This document shows, in pieces, positions 25,980-38,689 of a stretch of DNA of 64,000 nt. The DNA comes from Sphaerodactylus townsendi. Lineage: Eukaryota. A model generated the notes under the pieces. That model had not been told where the DNA came from, made no database searches, and was given only the letters and a program-made list of their open reading frames with translations. Both the position numbers and the translations under genes were made by a program. Every line of letters begins with the position of its first letter. Within the stretch, counting starts at the first letter, position 1. The stretch lies in assembly GCF_021028975.2 (NCBI RefSeq), contig NC_059439.1:33976001-34040000 (forward strand), written 5' to 3'.

Positions 25980-26620
25980 AAATGTATTTCCAACCAAAGA
26001 TCACTGACATATATATCAATAATCAAGCTGTTACACAACATAAATATATGACAATTTAACAATCCTTACTAAATATAGATTATTATATTCTAATATTAAA
26101 ACTTGACATATTGTTATTAATCGCACAGATATTTACAAAAAAATCCTATTTACTATATCCACTACTATTCACTATCTATAGCGATTCGTAAACCTTCCGT
26201 AATACACCAGCAAGACAACTATCAGCAGAGTAAGACAAGTTCAATGTCCCCCTTATTACACTAAATGAGTAATATTCCCCCCCTTGTTTCCTCCTATTGG
26301 TCATCCAGAAAATCATTTTTAGCTATTTATCACTAAGAGAACAATTGGAGCCATTCATTCACCCATTTCTTCCTGTATTTGTTTTTATACTTGATATAAA
26401 GTTCAGTATGTAATGTAGTGATGTTTCATATCATTTGTTTCCTTAAAGTAGACAAACCAAGGTTCCCATCTTTCTTTGTATTTTTCATAAGGTATTTTCC
26501 TTATCCTATGAGCTGCCCGATCCATTCTGGAGAAATATTGGACCTTTTCCTTCCAGTCCTCCAGAGTTGGTATCTTATCAGTTTTCCATACTCTTGCAAG
26601 CACAATTCTTGCCGCTGCTG
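25980..26620 (-). mobile_element. L1-clade LINE 3' end
   Basis: ORF 26403-26603 LARVWKTDKIPTLEDWKEKV..KYKERWEPWFVY is a typical non-mammalian L1 ORF2 C-terminus, followed by an AT-rich 3'UTR. Confidence 0.8.
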
Positions 26621-26686
26621 CTAGATGAAAAAACAGATGAATGAATTGTTGGTCAGCAATTTACTTTTCAGAGTATTATATATTTG

Positions 26687-27127
26687 ATAGATTAATTGTA
26701 GCCCAGTACCTTTATCTCCTGGTTGAGGCCCGGTGGCGTAGAGCAATCACCTTAGCTAGGTGTAATGCCCTGCCTTCTTCCTTAAGCCTTGGACGCCACC
26801 TTGGAATCCCACATAAAGAAAGGAAATGCCCGTGTGGCATGGGTTCTGTGGAAACAGTATCTCATATGCTGTTGGATTTTCCTTTTTATGAGATAGGTAG
26901 GAAGAAGCACATAATCCCCTTCCTGCATGGAAGTGAAGGCATTGCAGATAAACAGAAGGTTATATATCTGTTAAACAGCCACAACTACAGGCTGTTGGAA
27001 GCGGTGGGTAAATTTTTAAATGGTGTTATTTTAACTCGTCAGAAGTTGTAAAGTTGTAAAGGCTGTTATTACCTTGCTAAGTTAATCTTAAACAATTTAT
27101 ATGCCATTAAAGGTATTTGAAATCAAA
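26687..27127 (+). mobile_element. RTE-X-like LINE 3' fragment
   Basis: RRAITLARCNALPS..GIPHKERKCPCG..VETVSHML. ATTAAA and TTGAAA tail; probable TSD ATATATTTG. Very similar to 60745-61177. Confidence 0.85.
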
Positions 27128-27559
27128 ATATATTTGGTAAGTCCAACTTTGTCTGGGAATGAGCTGCCGAAAAAAATATTATCATCTGTTTTGTCATCTT
27201 TGTGCTGTCATTGTTCTGAAGGATCACTGAGTATTACTACTTATACAGATATTCCTACTTGCTCTTCGGCTCATTCCGCACATGCAGAATAATGCGCTTT
27301 CAAACTGCTTTCAGTGCTCTTTGAAGCTGTGCGGAATAGCAAAATCCACTTGCAAACAGTTGTGAAAGTGGTTTGAAAACGCATTATTCTGCATGTGCGG
27401 AAGGGGCCTTTGAAAATGTTTGCACTCTCAGGGAAAGAGCAATTTAGCAACCGATGTTTCCTTTTCCTTTGGCACCCGTTTTACGTGGAGCGTTCTCACA
27501 GTGGATTTAGAGAACAACTGCCCGTATATAAAATAGCAAAGATTTTACTAAAATGTATT

Positions 27560-28130
27560 TTTGAAGGCTTTCATGGCCGGAATCAACAGGCTGTTGTGGG
27601 TTTTCTGGGGTGTGTCAATGTCGTCTGGTAGTTTTTGCTTCTAGTTTTTTGCCGGCACCTACGTCTGGCCTCTTCATGTCACAACTGGGCACAGCGAGCC
27701 ATGGAGAGAAACATATCTTATTGTGACTTGCCTCTGAAGATGCCAGCCGTAAATGCAGGTGCAACATTAGAAGAAAAAGAAGAAGAAGAGTTTAGATTTA
27801 TATCCCCCCTTTCTCTCCTGCAGGAGACTCAAAGGGGCTTACAATCTCCTTGCCCTTCCCCCCTCACAACAAACACCCAGTGAGGTAGGTGGGGCTGAGA
27901 GAGCTCTGAGAAGCTGTGACTAGCCCAAGGTCACCCAGCTGACGTGTGTGGGAGTGTGCAGGCTAATCTGAATTCCCCAGATAAGCCTCCATAGCTCAGG
28001 CGGCAGACCTGGGAATCAAACCCGGTTCCTCCAGATTAGATACATGAGCTCTTAACCTCCTACGCCACTGTTTTAGGAGCAAAAACTACCAGGCCATGGC
28101 CACGCAGCCCGGAAAACCAGCAACAGCCAA
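27560..28130. mobile_element. Penelope-like element terminal-repeat remnants in inverted arrangement, interrupted by a SINE
   Basis: GAAGGCTTTCATGGCCGGAATC.. and CCTCTGAAGATGCCAGCC..CAGCCCGGAAAACC motifs. Related pieces at 49155-49250, 49995-50095 and 56728-56815. Confidence 0.65.
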
Positions 28131-28589
28131 ATTACTAACAATTTAAAAGTCCACATACATACACTTCTCTATTGATCGACAACAGCATTCTCACAGGCCA
28201 ACAGAAAACTCTCTTCCTTCTGGACAGCTGCTCAAGAGAAATCTTAGGCCCCTTCCGTACACGCAAAATAATGCGTTTTCAAACCACTTTCACAACTGTT
28301 TGCAAGTGGATTTTGCCATTCTGCACAGCTTCAAAGAACACTGAAAGCAGTTGAAAGTGCATTATTCTGCATATGCGGAATGAGCCTTAGAGTTGACTGC
28401 CAGGTTCCTCTGTATTGTAATTGCATGGCGCTCTTAATGTAATTTTTGAAACATTTTTTCAGTTTTAAAACCATCATTTTACAGGATTTTTTAAAATATA
28501 GATCCCTATTTTATTATATGGAGTGAGTAAGGAATACAAGAGGTGTAAATACAGCATTTCCCTGTACCTTGGGCAATACTTAGCAGCCT

Positions 28590-29067
28590 AACTATCTACA
28601 TCTTCTACATGAGCCCACTCTGAGACGCGCTGTCACCTTAACCAGATGCAATGTTCTTCCCTCTACCAGACGATACAACAGAGAGCACCATCTTCCATCC
28701 TCTGATAGATCTTGCACCTGCAATCCTGGTCTTGAAGAAACCGTCCATCATGTTCTATTATATTGCCCTCTATATGCTGTAGAGCGGGAAAGACTACTTA
28801 ATCCTCTCTTAGCTGCTCTAGGCAACACTACAGATGCTGTCAAAACTTTGTTCTTGTTAGACAGCAACTCAACTGTTACCATCGAACAAACTGCTAGATT
28901 CTTGTGTGTTGTCATCACTGAGCGTTCCCAAATGCTTAGCAGACTCAATCCCAATTCAGTGGCTTAATATTTCAGCTCTCATGGTGCTTGTTTTTTTTAA
29001 ACTCTTTTACCAGCCAATTTTAATTTCCATTGTATAATTTATATATATGCCATTACAGGTTTATTAT
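28590..29067 (+). mobile_element. RTE-X-like LINE 3' fragment in the presumed OR-1 intron
   Basis: CTCNPGLEETVHHVLLYCPLY zinc-finger-like motif. TSD TACTTAGCAG at ~28578 and ~29068. Confidence 0.75.
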
Positions 29068-29219
29068 TACTTAGCAGACTGTTTGCCGCGAGGGAAGCGA
29101 AAAACTTTAAAAGCTAAACGTGGGAGGTTTTTTATTCAGCCCCAAGCCCTTCAATAAAAAGGCCTGTCTCCTCAGTTTCAGTATGAACGTCTCTCTCGCC
29201 CTGCAGGGAGAAGCTCAGA

Positions 29220-30152
29220 ATGGCGACCCACAACCTCAACTCCACAAAGGAAATAATCTTGCTGGGACTTTCCAGTGACCGCACCACTCAAATCCTCCTC
29301 TTTGTGCTTGTTCTGCTAATGTACATCTTTATCCTTGTGGGGAATCTCGGGGTCATAGCGCTGGTACAGTTGGAGTCCCACCTACAGACCCCCATGTATT
29401 TTTTCCTATCACACCTTTCGAGTGCAGAGATCTGTTTTGTCACCACCAACCTTCCCCAGTTGTTGGATCAGCTTCTAACAGGTCGTGGAGTGATCTCCTT
29501 AGCCCGTTGTGCGCTACAGATGTACACCACCTTGTCTCTAGGTTGTATTGAAGCATTCCTGCTAGGAGTCATGGCTTACGACCGCTACTTAGCCGTCTGC
29601 CGCCCCTTAGTGTACGTCACTATCATGGAAAAACGGCGCCAGTTCCAACTTGCTTCAGCCTGCTGGTTAGCCGGCTTTTCCATTGCGGCCATATGCTCCA
29701 GTCTCACCTTTCGGCACACTTTCTGCCACTCCTGCTGCATCAATCACTTTGTCTGTGAGATTCCCATGGTGGTGAAGATGGCGTGCGATGACACGAGTGT
29801 CACAGAGTTAATCATTGTCGTGTTTGCAGGGGTCGTTATCCTGGGTCCCTTTCTACTCATCGTGACCTCCTATTGCCTCATTCTGTTCTCCGTGTTGAAA
29901 ATGCGGTCGGCCACCGGTCTTCGCAAGGTCTTCTCGACATGCGGGTCCCATTTGTTGGCGGTCCTCGTGTTCTATGGCCCAAGCACCCTTAACTATATTA
30001 TACCCCACGAAGGAGAGGCTGCGGATAACGACAAGAAGGTCGCCGTGTTTTACCTCGTGTTCACCCCTCTTCTGAATCCTCTTATTTACACTCTGCGGAA
30101 CAAGGATATCCACGAAGCGATGGCCAAGCTGGTGCGAAGGTGGCAATCGTAA
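29220..30152 (+). CDS. Olfactory receptor OR-1 (class II), intact, 310 aa
   Basis: NST sequon, GN, LQTPMYFFL, MAYDRYLAVCRPL, HFVCE, SY, KVFSTCGSHL, PLLNPLIYTLRNKD. Splice acceptor CCCTGCAG ends at 29206, 13 nt before the ATG. Confidence 0.97.
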   Translation: MATHNLNSTKEIILLGLSSDRTTQILLFVLVLLMYIFILVGNLGVIALVQLESHLQTPMYFFLSHLSSAEICFVTTNLPQLLDQLLTGRGVISLARCALQMYTTLSLGCIEAFLLGVMAYDRYLAVCRPLVYVTIMEKRRQFQLASACWLAGFSIAAICSSLTFRHTFCHSCCINHFVCEIPMVVKMACDDTSVTELIIVVFAGVVILGPFLLIVTSYCLILFSVLKMRSATGLRKVFSTCGSHLLAVLVFYGPSTLNYIIPHEGEAADNDKKVAVFYLVFTPLLNPLIYTLRNKDIHEAMAKLVRRWQS

Positions 30153-31020
30153 AGAAAACCTGAGGCCCCTTCCGCAGAATAATGCGCTTTCAATCCACTT
30201 TGACGATTGTTTGCAAGTGGATTTTGCTATTCTGCGCAGTAAAATCCGGCTGCAAAGTGCATTGAATGTGGATTGAAAGTGCATTATTCTGCATGTGCGG
30301 AAGGAGTCTATGTGTTGACATTGGCCAGTTGCCTAAACTAAAACACTGACTTTTTTGTTATTACATTTTTATCGTATTCTTTATTCATGGAGCCGCAAGC
30401 AGCAAAAATTGTGATCTCCTCTGTTTGATCCTGGCCATAACTCTGTGAGGAAGGCTAGGTCCAGACAGAACGACTATCCCAAGGACAACTATTAGCTGTT
30501 TATTTTGTTTAAAATAACTCCGTGCTGTCTTTCCGCCAAGTGCAATTCTACCCAATTTTGTACAGCCTGCAAAACTGAACTTTTCTGACCGGTGTTCCTC
30601 CAGATTTAGCCCACTGGTTTGTTCTATTACTCTCCAGATTACTGTTGGCCGAGTGGATATCTCTGACTCACAGTGCTGAACACTCATATGGCAATAAGTG
30701 TTGGTTTTTAATTTCATATTGTTGTGATATTCACTGTATTGTAAACCACCCCGAGCTTTGGAAGGGCGGTGCATAAATCTAGTGAATGATTGGACATGAA
30801 AACATTCCAACAGCATTTAAAACAAAGCACATATAAAATAAGCATCTCATTTCAATATGGTCCTCTCAAAGGCCCATTCCGCACATGCAGAATAATGCAC
30901 TTTCAATCCACTTTCAATGCACTTTGCAACTGGATCTTACTGTGAGAAATTGCCAAATCCACTTGCAAGCAATTGTGAAAGTGGATTGAAAGTGCATTAT
31001 TCTGCATGTGCGGAAGGGGC

Positions 31021-31414
31021 CAGAGGTGGGATCCAGCAGGTTCTCACAGGTTCCCGAGAGTAGGTTACTAATTATTTGTGTGTGCCGAGAGGGGGTGACT
31101 AATTGGTGATTTTGCCACGTGATTTTTGCCTTAGTTACGCCCCTCCTCTCAGCAGTAGCGCGCAGAACTTGAAGCAGTCTAGCAGGAGGTGCACCGGCAT
31201 GCGTGGCAGCCTGCGCCTGCGTGCATTCATTTCCCGCCCAAGGACCGGAGCAGCGGCTGCGTCCTTGCCACAGCCCCGCCCAGGAATGCCCCGCCCCCGG
31301 GAAATGCCCGGCCATGCCCCCGTCATGCCCTGCCCAGCCCCATTGGCGCTACGCCACAGTTTGAATCCTACCACCATGGGAACCTGTTACTGAAATTTGT
31401 GGATCCCACCCCTG
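31021..31414. mobile_element. hAT MITE inserted in the TIR of a Harbinger MITE
   Basis: TIR CAGAGGTGGGATCC / GGATCCCACCCCTG. 8-bp TSD GAAGGGGC at 31013-31020 and 31415-31422. Confidence 0.92.
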
Positions 31415-31423
31415 GAAGGGGCC

Positions 31424-31627
31424 AAAGTCTTTCTTAAATGCAGCTTTGACTTCGTGGTAGCTACCTTGTTCTATGGCACCACAATCTCTGCCAATGTTAG
31501 ACTCCGGTCAGGAAAATCTCCTGAAAATGACAAAATCCCCAGGTTATATCATGTAGTTACCCCTTTTCTGAAACGTCTCAATTGCATTATGTGGAACAAG
31601 GATGTCCACGAGGCAGTGGTGTTGTAA
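31424..31627 (+). pseudogene. OR pseudogene relic (TM6-TM7-C-terminus)
   Basis: KVFLKCSFDFVVATLFYGT..ENDK..YHVVTPFL..NKDVHEAVVL is a degenerate form of KAFSTC..LFYG..DK..TP.LNP..RNKDVH. Confidence 0.85.
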
Positions 31628-31689
31628 AGTGGCATTTGTGAAGAAAAGGGGACTGTTTACTCCAACTGCCAAGGATGACTCACGTAAAT

Positions 31690-32075
31690 AAGAACATAAG
31701 AACATAAGAACAAGCCAGCTGGATCAGACCAGAGTCCATCTAGTCCAGCTCTCTGCTCCTCGCAGTGGCCCACCAGGTGCCTTTGGGAGCTCACAGGCAG
31801 GAGAGGTGAAAGCAAGGGCCTTTTGCGGCTGTTGCCCCCGAGCACCTGGTCTGTTAAGGCCTTTGCAATCTCAGATCAAAGAGGATCAAGATTGGGAGCC
31901 ATAGATCGACTTCTCCATAAATCTATCCAAGCCCCTTTTAAAGCTATCCAGGTTAGTGGCCATCACCACCTCCTGTGGCAGCATATTCCAAACACCAATC
32001 ACACGTTGCATGAAGAAGTGTTTCCTTTTATTAGTCCTAATTCTTCCCCCCAGCATTTTCAATGTATGCCCCCTG
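31690..32075 (-). mobile_element. CR1 LINE 3' end
   Basis: (AAGAACAT)n tail and body complementary to the CR1 at 41.7-43.1 kb. Another noisy copy at ~44440-44780. Confidence 0.85.
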
Positions 32076-32804
32076 GTTTTTTTAAATAAGCTTTTTAAAT
32101 GTGGGGTTTTTACTCTAAGGGGAAAAAAATCACATTAACTTTTGTTGTTGTAATTTTGTGTGTTTGTGTGAGCACCCACATGGTGTCGTGATTAAAAGTG
32201 TTGGACTAGGTTCTGGGAAACGCGGGTTCGAATCCCCACTGTGCCATGGAAGCTTTATGGGTGGCCTTGGGCCAGTCATATTTCACCTAGCCCACCTCAC
32301 AGGGTTGTTGTGAGGATGAAACGGAGGAGAGGAGACCGGTGCGAGCCGCTTTTGATCCCCATTGGGGCGGAAGGCAGGATACAAACAAGTGACAAATAAA
32401 GACAACAGATGTTTGCAAACGTGTGCGCCTGTGCTTATACGTGCATGCACTGCCCTCAGCTGACGGACTGAGTTCTGCTATATGTTTGAAATATTTTTGG
32501 AGGGGAGATGTCTTGAAGACCATGCCTCCACAAAAGAGTGACAGATGCCCACCCCCTCCCTGGGGCGAAGGTCCCATCCCTTTGGCTCCAGCTAAATCGA
32601 GGCAATTGGTAACCCTGCNNNNNNNNNNNNNNNNNNNNNNNNNNNNNNNNNNNNNNNNNNNNNNNNNNNNNNNNNNNNNNNNNNNNNNNNNNNNNNNNNN
32701 NNNNNNNNNNNNNNNNNNNNNNNNNNNNNNNNNNNNNNNNNNNNNNNNNNNNNNNNNNNNNNNNNNNNNNNNNNNNNNNNNNNNNNNNNNNNNNNNNNNN
32801 NNNN

Positions 32805-33272
32805 ACCGCCCTATCCCTGAAGGGCTCAGGGCGGTGTACAGATAAAACATCAGCTAAAAACCACAGTCATATCTTAAAGCATCGCCCGCGCCCTTATGAA
32901 ACCCTCCTAATGCGAAATAATGGGTCCTAATGGTATTAGGGCCCATGGGGGTAAAGAGGAGGGGGCAGGGCCCCCTCAGCGGCCGGTCTCTCCAAAGGCC
33001 CGGTGGAACAACTCAGTCTTACAGCCCCTGCGGAAATCCCCAAGGTCCCGCAGGGCCCGGACAGCTGGAGGGAGAGTGTTCCACCAGGCAGAGGCCAGAG
33101 CCATGAAGGCCCTGGCTCGAGTGGAGGCCAGCCGCATCATTGAGGGGCCGGGGACCTCCAGTAAATTGGCCTCTGCTAATCGCAGAGGTCGAGTTGGGAC
33201 AAATGGGGTAATGCGGTCCCGAAGGTACGAGGGTCCCAGGCCGCGCAAGGCCTTAAAGGTCAACACCCACAC
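32805..33272 (-). mobile_element. L2 LINE 3' fragment
   Basis: LTFKALRGLGPSYLRD..RPLR..RARAF..WNTLP..FRRGCKTELF is the classic L2 ORF2 C-terminus; L2 tail near 32810-32840. Confidence 0.92.
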
Positions 33273-34718
33273 TTTAACAAAATGGCTGATTTTAAATTAG
33301 GAGAAGGTTAGAGGAAAAGGTAAAAGCAATGTGAGCTCCCCAGGGAAAGAAGTACTATGTTCATGGAAGCACCCTTTTGGGACTCTAATCTGAAGAGCTG
33401 GACTTGATTCCCCGCTCCTCCACATGAGTGGCAGACTCTAATCTGGTGAACTAGGTTTGTATCCCCACTCCTACACTGGAATAAATGGCTTTAGACTGCT
33501 GTAACTTCTCAGGATTGCTCTGACAGCAACTTTCCTTTCTTGTTTTTGTTCCGTTAAATGCTTTAGACTCAAAGACACTGAGGAAATAAATGACATACTG
33601 TTAATAAACTCAAAGAGGACAGCGCTCGAGGGACCACAATAGCCCCTGTAGAATAGAACTGCAGGAGTTATTATCTTCCTGAATCTTCACACCTTTGCAA
33701 TCAGATGGTGAGGGAAAACATTCACTATGCTGTCGTTTTCTAATCCTGAGAGTAGGTGGCGACTAGCCAGGCTGGCTAGCAACTAGCCAGCCTGGCTAGC
33801 AACTAGCCAGTTTGGCTAGCAAATAGTCAGCTGGAGTAGCCCCCAGACTCAGTAGGCTTTGAACATTTTTTTAATCATATGCTATCACAGTATACCATGT
33901 AGAATGCAGTGTATATGCTTTGCACACATCTCAAAAGACCTCGGGCATCCAGTAAAAATATTGCCGTCAAACCTGAGATTACTTGTCTTATTCAGCCTAA
34001 AGCAACTTCTCTTTCAACCCTAATTTCAGAGAGTAGCCGTGATGGTTTGCAGCAGAGCGAGGGTTAGGAGTTAGGATTGGGTCTCAAGCTCTCTCAGCCT
34101 TAGAGTTTAGGGCGTCTTTGGCAAAGAGGGCCATCCTGACGATTACTGTCTCTTTTTACTCAGACTCTGGTCTCCAGAAGCAGTCTATGAAGCAATATGC
34201 CCCAGATCAGTAACACATACAGTGACTATAACTCTTTTTATAAATCAGTTCAGATAATAACTGCTGTCTTACAGCTTGAGATTCAGTTCTCATTCTAGAG
34301 GACCCAACCACTGCGAATTTAGGCTGCTACAGGTTGGTCTGTCAAAAATCAGCAAAGATCTCCACAGACCTTGTAGCAGAGAAGTCGCTGATTTTGCCTG
34401 CAAGATCCAAGTCAGGAGGAATAGCTTCGTGGCACTCGTTTTACATTCAGAGGATACCTAGTTCGATCTATGGCAACTCCAGTTAGGAGATGGCAGGAAT
34501 TAGGGGTTCAGAAAGACATCTAATTTAATGTCTGCTGTCACTCAAAATTGGGAAAAATGAGACAAACCTGGTTCAGCATGTGGCTAGTTCTGAGGTATAT
34601 GCCTCTGAGTGCAGAGACTCTGGCAGTCTAGTGAGGTTCCTCATGATCTTTAAACATATTGAATCCAAAAGTTTTAAATCCCTTCTGGCATTTGAAGCAC
34701 ACTACTCTAATCGGTGAC

Positions 34719-34768
34719 ATGAAGCTCTCTGCCTTGGATGTCCAGGAATGGCAGGGAAAAGTGCAAAG
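34719..34768 (+). CDS. Candidate upstream coding exon of OR-2 (MKLSALDVQEWQGKVQ-R)
   Basis: gacATG, then 50 nt with no stop to the donor AAG|GTAAGA (GT at 34769). Phase 2 matches the OR-2 acceptor. No transcript evidence. Confidence 0.5.
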
Positions 34769-35273
34769 GTAAGATTATATTCAACAAGTGGGAAATGGAT
34801 TTGATTGGGATGGGGATGGGAAGGTTGGGACAGCTCACCCCCTGAACTCCTTTTAAATTCACTATTTAAAGTTATGGTTTATGTTATGTGTATGTTAAAT
34901 TTATTCACATCTGATGACAGTGTTATATGTGAATTAAGTAAACAATGGTTAAGATAATTTCAGAGAGTAGCTGTGTTTATCTGCAGTAGAATATCTAGAT
35001 TTGAGACTAGAGACCAACATTTGAGGGTGTGGTTAAGGCAATTTCCCTGCCTTTCCTGTCTCTCTCCAACGTGGTGTAGCAGTTAAGAGCAGGTGGATTC
35101 TAATCTGGAGAACCAGGTTCGATTCCCCACTCCTCCACCTGAGTGGCTGAGGCTTATCTGGTGAACCAGATGTGTTTCCGCACTCCGACATTCCTGCTGG
35201 GTGACCCTGGGCTACTCACAGTTCTCTCAGAACTCTCTCAGCCCCATCTTGTCTGTTATGGAGAGAGGAAGGG

Positions 35274-36677
35274 TAATCCCACCTGCCAGATAAGTTGTTC
35301 GTCATCAGGTCCTCTGACACCCAAAATATTGGTCTCAAAGGGGGTAAAACAGGGCTGTGTGTTGGCACCTTATACGATCTTACCCCCATTTTGAATAACT
35401 CCAACCCTCATTGTCCTTATCCGAATGGTGTTCCTTTGGCCATCCTCCTTTATGCCGATGACGCAGTCTTGCTATCGAGAACAAGGTTAGGTCTCAAAAA
35501 CTCCCTGATCAAATGTGAAGAGTATTGCCGAAATAACAGGTTGGTTATAAATCCTGCGAAATCTAAAATAATGGTCTTTTCCAACATCTTTAGACCCACG
35601 AGATGGTCCATCCAAGGGGCTGACATAGAGCAAGTCAAACTGTTCAAATACCTTGGGATAACATTTCACCATAAGTTAAGCTGGACCACTCATAGGAACA
35701 ATACTATTAAAGGTTGCAAGAATCTGTCCACTGCAGTTCTGAGATTTTTTAACATCCATGGTGGGAGGTTTATTCCAGGTGTTTAATGCCAAGGTGGTCC
35801 AGTACCTATTGTATGGTATCCCTGTCTGGATCCAAGCTTGGCACAAGAACCTGGAACGTATCCAATCAAACTTCCTATATAAGATATTTGGCACCCCACA
35901 TTGTGTCCCTTATGGTGTGCTCTGTCTGGAATCAGGGCAACATCTATTAGAAACTAGGGCATGGGCTGTAACGTTTAAGTTTTGGCTGCGTCTATGCTTC
36001 TGCACAGATCCAAAAAGTTTATCTTTGCTAGAAATGAGGGAGCTTCAGCTTTCGAAGTGGTGGCTCCATATTGAAAAAAAAATGTTCTCCTTGAGTTTCT
36101 CATGGGAGTCTCTTCACATGCTTACCACCACGGAAATTGACCATCATCTAAAGATCAGACTGTACGGCCAGGAATACCAATCTCTCCTGAGTGCTGCACA
36201 AAGCTCCTGTTCCCCTCTATACTTTGGGATCACACCCCCGAAATCTAGCCCAGCTGTATATTTAGAACAGCTTGTTATTTATAATGCAGATGGGTCATGA
36301 CAAGAGCAAGGTGCAACTCATTCCCCTCTGTCTATCTTCGTTTCCTTAACATCCCACAAAGTGAGCGTTGTTGTCGGTACTGTCCCAACGCTATGGACTC
36401 AATCCCTCACATCCTGCTTTACTGTTCGAGGTATAATGATGTTAGAACTGATCTGGGAGCTTTACTACCTCTAGAATTTATGTTTCCCCCAGACAAACTA
36501 AAAATGTCTAAGCTATTGAACAGCCCCTAATGTAGAAATTTCTGAAGCAGTTGCTACATTTATAATCCATGTTCTACATGATATATAACAATGACCTTGT
36601 TTTTGTACTTGGAATGTATGGTACTTCTGGTTTATGCCTAATAAAGGTTTTTAGATTGGATTGGATTGGATTGGATT
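35274..36677 (+). mobile_element. 5'-truncated RTE-X-like LINE inserted into a SINE
   Basis: RT motifs GVKQGCVLAP, LLYADDAVL, FKYLGI; C-terminal RARCNSFPS..ERCC..C..H..C; AATAAA plus (ATTGG)n tail. 13-bp TSD GAGAGAGGAAGGG at 35261-35273 and 36678-36690. Host SINE 35068-35273 resumes at 36691. Confidence 0.9.
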
Positions 36678-37329
36678 GAGAGAGGAAGGGAAAGGCGCTT
36701 GTAAGCCACTTTGAGTCTCCTTACAGGAGAGAAAGGTGAGGTATATATTCCAAACTCCTCGTCTTCGTCTTCGTCCTCGTCTTCGTCCTCGTCTTCNNNN
36801 NNNNNNNNNNNNNNNNNNNNNNNNNNNNNNNNNNNNNNNNNNNNNNNNNNNNNNNNNNNNNNNNNNNNNNNNNNNNNNNNNNNNNNNNNNNNNNNNNNNN
36901 NNNNNNNNNNNNNNNNNNNNNNNNNNNNNNNNNNNNNNNNNNNNNNNNNNNNNNNNNNNNNNNNNNNNNNNNNNNNNNNNNNNNNNNNNNNNNNNNNNNN
37001 NNNNNNNNNNNNNNNNNNNNNNNNNNNNNNNNNNNNNNNNNNNNNNNNNNNNNNNNNNNNNNNNNNNNNNNNNNNNNNNNNNNNNNNNNNNNNNNNNNNN
37101 NNNNNNNNNNNNNNNNNNNNNNNNNNNNNNNNNNNNNNNNNNNNNNNNNNNNNNNNNNNNNNNNNNNNNNNNNNNNNNNNNNNNNNNNNNNNNNNNNNNN
37201 NNNNNNNNNNNNNNNNNNGCCTCCCCCCCAAGGCAATTTTTATATTTTTCCAACTTTCTTTCAGGTTCATTATTTTTGGTTCATTATTTTTGCAGGGCTC
37301 GGGATGGTGGTGGGTTTTTTTTAGAAGAA

Positions 37330-38373
37330 CCTCCACATGTTCAGGGCAGCTACAAGTGACCCTCTTTACAAGAACCTACAAGTTAGGTGAAGTTTGGGCA
37401 AGGGGGTCAAATTGTGTCGGTCCTCCAAAAGGGTCCTCCAAAAGGGTGCCCCCATCCATTCTCCACTGGAAACAATGGAGGAAAATTTGGAGCCTCCATA
37501 AAATTGGACCCCCCCCCCCAGCCCAATCTTCAGCAAACTTGGAAGTTGAGGAGAGGCACCAGGAGCCATGCTGCAAATTTGGTGCCTCTACTTTAAAAAA
37601 TATGCCCCCCCCCCCAAGCCCAACAATTTTTTCCCCATTAACATCAGAGCTGTTCCCTTTCAAAAGTTAATCCCTTTAAGGCTCCATGCTACTCTATGTC
37701 AAATCTTTCTGGAGCTGTGGAGAGGGGCTGTTTTATAAGGTACAGGCACCAAATTATCCGTGGGTCTGCAGGTGCCTCTCCTTATGAGAACCCCCAAGTT
37801 TGGTGAATATTGGGTCAGCAGGTCAAATAGAGGAAAAGGGGAAATCAAACTCAGGGACTCTTGTAAGGAGAAGTACCTGCAGACCCATGGAAAATTAGAT
37901 GGCTCTGCCTCAATCCCCCCCCCCCTTCCCAGAACACTGCAAAGATACCTCAAAGAGGTATTGCTGGAAAAAAAAATCCTACCATTCCAAGAATGTCGGC
38001 CAAGCAATTTTAAACCAGAGGATTGAAGTAAGACGAATTTTCCCACCATTTTTGCAATGGTGGGAACATTTTCAACAGCACAGCACTCTTGTGGAGTCTT
38101 TGCGGGCCTCTGGGGGCTGTTATTTTAGGCGGAGGCACCAACATTTGTAGCTTTGCTGCTCTCCTTACAACAGTTTGGTTCAGTTTCGATCAAGGGATCC
38201 AATTTTATAGCTTCCCCCCCCCCCCATTTTCCTCCATTTGGGGACCCATAAAATTGGATCTTCACCCAACTTGGGGGGTTCTCATAAGGGACCAAAAGCT
38301 CCGCTAAAGATTTGGTGCCTCTACCTTTAAAAATATCACCCCTAAGCTCTGGAGCTGGCTGAATCCCACCACT
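37330..38373. mobile_element. Non-autonomous hAT-like element with internal repeated/inverted blocks
   Basis: Repeated CATAAAATTGGA..AACTTGG..TTTGGTGCCTCTAC blocks in both orientations. Ends GAATCCCACCACTG (CAG-type TIR). Confidence 0.55.
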
Positions 38374-38689
38374 GGTTATATGTTTTGTCCACTTCACAAG
38401 CACGTGTGTGTCTGTGGTGTGTGTGTGTGTGTGAGGTGCATTGGCATGTATCCAAGGTGGAGTTCATTTGTGACGGCATTTGCCATTGCGTGAGCATGTG
38501 TCTGGGTGGAGTTTATTTCAGCTGCACTTGAATGTCTCTGGTTTTTGGTTTTGGTGTTTTTTTAGTACCGGTAACCAGGTTTTCTGTTTACTTGAATTTG
38601 GTACAGACAGAACAATGCCTTTTGTTGACCTAATTTCCCTAAAATCAAGAACAACCACTTCATCTTGGTGCTACCCCTTTTCCCTGCAG

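Noticed and set aside
33761-33840. CRISPR-like palindromic repeat array
   Set aside because: No unique spacers, no cas genes, vertebrate context.
36638-37670. Long ORFs spanning N-runs (also 32287-32850, 45082-45537, 61928-62400)
   Set aside because: Artefacts of assembly gaps.
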